Position numbers and translations under genes: made by a program. A DNA stretch of 64,000 nucleotides from Fulvivirga sp. (GTDB lineage: Bacteria > Bacteroidota > Bacteroidia > Cytophagales > Cyclobacteriaceae), in assembly GCF_040218215.1 (NCBI RefSeq), contig NZ_JAVJQL010000030.1:1823-65822 (forward strand). The letters run 5' to 3'. This document shows, in pieces, positions 61,087-64,000 of this stretch (positions are counted from its first letter, which is position 1; every line of letters begins with the position of its first letter). The notes under the pieces were generated by a model, which saw only the letters and a list, made by a program, of their open reading frames with translations, had not been told where the DNA came from and ran no database searches.

Positions 61087-61107
61087 TATAAGACGGCTTT
61101 ATTTTTC

Positions 61108-61213
61108 AACCACAGAGAACGCTGAGTGCACAGAGAAAAACACAGAGAATTGAGCATAAAATTTATTTCTTTACAGTAAGACCGCTCTGTGGCTCTCTGT
61201 GCCCTCTGCGGTT
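61108..61213. repeat. Intergenic inverted repeat built from CACAGAG/CTCTGTG units
   Basis: Three CACAGAG units at 61108-61147 face three CTCTG(T/C)G units at 61185-61213. Confidence 0.75.
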
Positions 61214-63009
61214 TACTGCATTTTAATACCCATTTTTTCCATGAGGGCACTGGCATTAAAACTCTTGCAAATGCCATCATCTAACTTATATGGAAAGATA
61301 ATTTCAGTGCCATTGACTTCACTGTTAAAGCTATAGTTGGTAACGTTGTTTAATTCCTTTTCAAGTTTACCCAGCTCAAGATCATGGGTTGAGATTAATC
61401 CGAATGAATTGGTTGTAGAAAGCTGCTTGGCTAAAGAAACAGCCCCGTTGTGACGGTCATGTGAGTTGGTTCCTTTTAATATTTCATCCAGCATAAATAA
61501 AACAGGCTTACCTTTTTCAACCTCATCAAGCAGGGATTTTATCCGCTGTAACTCAGCATAGAATGAGGAAACATGCTCTTCTAAATTATCTTCCGTACGC
61601 ATGCTTGTAAACACCTGTAGCTCAGAAACAGTAAAGTTTTTAGCACAAACAGGTGCTCCGGAAAGTGCAAGTGCAATGTTTACACCTAATGTTCTAAGAA
61701 ATGTGCTCTTACCAGACATGTTGGAACCTGTAATTATTGACAGCGCCCCTTTACCCTCCAAAGCGTAGCTATTACTTACTCGCTCGTGCTTTTTTATTAG
61801 TGGATGAGCAATGTCCTCACCTTTCAAATTGTAATCTTCTGAACTGACAGTAGGGAATGAAAATTCAGGGTTGCTGTAAGCCAATCCACTTAAACTGCAA
61901 ATAGCTTCAAACTCGCTTATTGAATCAAACCAAAGGGATACGTCTGCGATATTTTTTCTTTTCCATCGCTCTGCCATAAACATGATGTGAAGATCGAATA
62001 GCGTTAATGAGTCAATCAGAACATAAAACAATCCAGATCGTGCATTTAAAAAATCTAGTATTTTATATAAATTGAGAATAGCGTTGGATGCTTTTTTATC
62101 CTCACTAACCAGTTTGTCTTTTAAGGAATTTAAAAGCTCACTTTCAAAGGTTGAGTCCTCCAGATGTTTTATCAGTGCGCTATAGCTGGCCAGCAAATTG
62201 ATATGATCTGAAACCGATAGTGATAGGTTTTGAATGTGCTTGCTGAAGCGGCTTAAAACTATTCCGTTAAGGGTAAGCATGCCCAATATATAATAGAAGC
62301 TTATGTCTGCAGCAAAGTATAGAATGACGCTGCTGAGTGTAATTACAGGAAGTACCCATGCTAATATGTTATAAGCTTTATTATAAATATATGGCTCATT
62401 GATCCACTTTATCAGTAGTTCTGGATTGGCCTTTTCATTTTTATGATGCAATCCGCTGGCCTGAAATTTTTGCCTCCAGTCTATTTTTGGGCTTAATTCT
62501 TTAACCGCTTTTTGCCTGCTTTCAATGATTTCCTTTTTTGAAAATTTTGAAAGCCATTGTGCCAATTTTCTTCTGCCACCATTTGTAGTGGATCTATTGA
62601 CTAGCTGATAAATGGAGTTAGAACCAAAAATATCAAGATCGTTGATGTACTGATGGTTTTTGTCTTTGAAATTAGCCCCATCTTCCTGATCCCTTAAATC
62701 GCCATTAAAAATTTTGAGTTCGTCTTCGTTAATTTTTTGAAGGATGCTTTCTTGCTTACGCTTATAAGATATTCGTCTGTGTATTTTGACAAAAACCCCA
62801 AATACAAAAGGGAAGGAAAAAGCGGTTATACCTAAGCCATAGCCCATTTTGGCATTGGCGAAATATACAGCAAGCACCAGGTAAAGAAGAAAAATGAAAA
62901 TTCTACCAAATGCAATAAAGTTATACTGCTTATTAAGCCTTGACCACTCAAGCTTATGATGGTCTAATTTTTCCTGAAATATTGCTTCTGGTGATGTCAT
63001 CAGTTTCAA
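61213..63009 (-). CDS. MutS-related membrane-associated ATPase (domain V only)
   Basis: TM segments, DLDIFG..S.YQL, TGSNMSGKSTFLR, LDEILKGTNS and ISTHDLEL; no mismatch-recognition domain. Confidence 0.9.
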   Translation of the reverse strand: MKLMTSPEAIFQEKLDHHKLEWSRLNKQYNFIAFGRIFIFLLYLVLAVYFANAKMGYGLGITAFSFPFVFGVFVKIHRRISYKRKQESILQKINEDELKIFNGDLRDQEDGANFKDKNHQYINDLDIFGSNSIYQLVNRSTTNGGRRKLAQWLSKFSKKEIIESRQKAVKELSPKIDWRQKFQASGLHHKNEKANPELLIKWINEPYIYNKAYNILAWVLPVITLSSVILYFAADISFYYILGMLTLNGIVLSRFSKHIQNLSLSVSDHINLLASYSALIKHLEDSTFESELLNSLKDKLVSEDKKASNAILNLYKILDFLNARSGLFYVLIDSLTLFDLHIMFMAERWKRKNIADVSLWFDSISEFEAICSLSGLAYSNPEFSFPTVSSEDYNLKGEDIAHPLIKKHERVSNSYALEGKGALSIITGSNMSGKSTFLRTLGVNIALALSGAPVCAKNFTVSELQVFTSMRTEDNLEEHVSSFYAELQRIKSLLDEVEKGKPVLFMLDEILKGTNSHDRHNGAVSLAKQLSTTNSFGLISTHDLELGKLEKELNNVTNYSFNSEVNGTEIIFPYKLDDGICKSFNASALMEKMGIKMQ

Positions 63010-63052
63010 TTTAACGCATTAGAATGGTAAGAAAAAAACTGACTTTCTTACA

Positions 63053-64000
63053 TTAAGATAAGACATTATATGCAATTAGTGCCGACAGGTACGCTATAAT
63101 GGTCATATAGGTAAACTGAATGGCTGGCCATTTCCATCCTTTCGTCTCCCTATAAACAACAGCTAACGTACTCATACATTGCATGGCAAAAACATAAAAA
63201 AGCAAAAGGGACACGCCCGTTGGTAAATTATATCGTGGTCCGCCTGTTTCCTGATTTATTTCAGATCGCATGCGACTTTTGATGGTACCCTCTTCCACAT
63301 CATCGCCAATACTATAAATAGTGGCCATGGTACTTACAAATACCTCTCTGGCAGCAAAGGAAGTAATAAGTGCAATGCCAATTTTCCAATCATAGCCCAA
63401 GGGAGTAATAACAGGCTCAATGGCCTTGCCGAAAATACCGGCATAGGATTTCTCCAGCTTATAGGCCTGTACTTTATTCTCAAATTCTTCTGCGGTTAGT
63501 CGTTGATCTTTCACCAACTCGGCAACCTCTACTTGTGCATTTTCAATATGGTCACCCGGGCCATAGCTTGCCAGCACCCAAAGTATAACAGAGATGGCCA
63601 AAATGATTTTACCGGCTTCAAAGACAAACGTTTTAGACTTCTCAAACATGGTTAACCCAACATTCTTCCACCTTGGTGATTTGTAGGTGGGCAGCTCCAT
63701 TATCAAAAAGCTCCTTTCCTTGGTCTTGAGCAACAACTTCATTATGCCTGCAGAACCAATGGCCATAAAAAATCCAAGAAGGTACAGGCCCATCAATGCT
63801 ATGCCTTGCATATTGATTATACCAAAAACCAATTTATCTGGAATGACAAGGGCTATTAAAATGGTATAAACAGGAAGCCTGGCCGAGCAACTCATGAAAG
63901 GTGTCACAAAAATAGTGATAAGTCTTTCCTTCCAGTTTTCGATAGTCCTGGTAGCCATAATAGCCGGAATGGCACACGCAACCCCTGAAATAAGCGGTAC
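63053..64000 (-). CDS. feoB: Ferrous iron transport protein B (5'-partial)
   Basis: PLISGFACAIPAIMATRTI, PFMSCSARLPVY, FLIMELPTY, AAREVFVST and FYVFAMQC motifs; open to the window end. Confidence 0.96.
   Translation of the reverse strand, partial: VPLISGVACAIPAIMATRTIENWKERLITIFVTPFMSCSARLPVYTILIALVIPDKLVFGIINMQGIALMGLYLLGFFMAIGSAGIMKLLLKTKERSFLIMELPTYKSPRWKNVGLTMFEKSKTFVFEAGKIILAISVILWVLASYGPGDHIENAQVEVAELVKDQRLTAEEFENKVQAYKLEKSYAGIFGKAIEPVITPLGYDWKIGIALITSFAAREVFVSTMATIYSIGDDVEEGTIKSRMRSEINQETGGPRYNLPTGVSLLLFYVFAMQCMSTLAVVYRETKGWKWPAIQFTYMTIIAYLSALIAYNVLS

Noticed and set aside
1-64000. CRISPR arrays, tRNA/rRNA genes, prophage or defence systems
   Set aside because: No regularly spaced repeat-spacer array, cloverleaf, rRNA-like sequence or phage/defence gene was recognised.

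Overview
Ordinary core chromosome of a gliding Bacteroidota bacterium. Gene content (gldJ, a T9SS C-terminal domain, TAnnTTTG promoters, HAMP-GAF receptors) suggests Cytophagales; this is an inference. About 55 CDS run from a 5'-partial mfd to a 5'-partial feoB. No rRNA, tRNA or CRISPR array was seen. The window appears to contain the replication origin: two parS palindromes lie before mnmG (11422-11475), and the gap at 15968-16339 holds DnaA boxes, an IHF consensus and an AT-rich unwinding-like tract. The most unusual locus is 54145-55232, a frameshifted REP-associated tyrosine transposase (RAYT) surrounded by seven hairpins that all have 3-nt loops. It is bracketed by an ~86%-identical duplicate of the 3' end of the neighbouring K+ channel gene, differing mostly at synonymous sites. 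Other points of interest are a T9SS-secreted vanadium haloperoxidase-like protein, a sulfotransferase-like/aminotransferase pair that mirrors a plant fusion protein of unknown function, an NRK1-like kinase, a GT3 glycogen synthase, a frameshifted receptor with no output domain, and several candidate operators. All product calls come from motif recognition by eye; no database searches were run.
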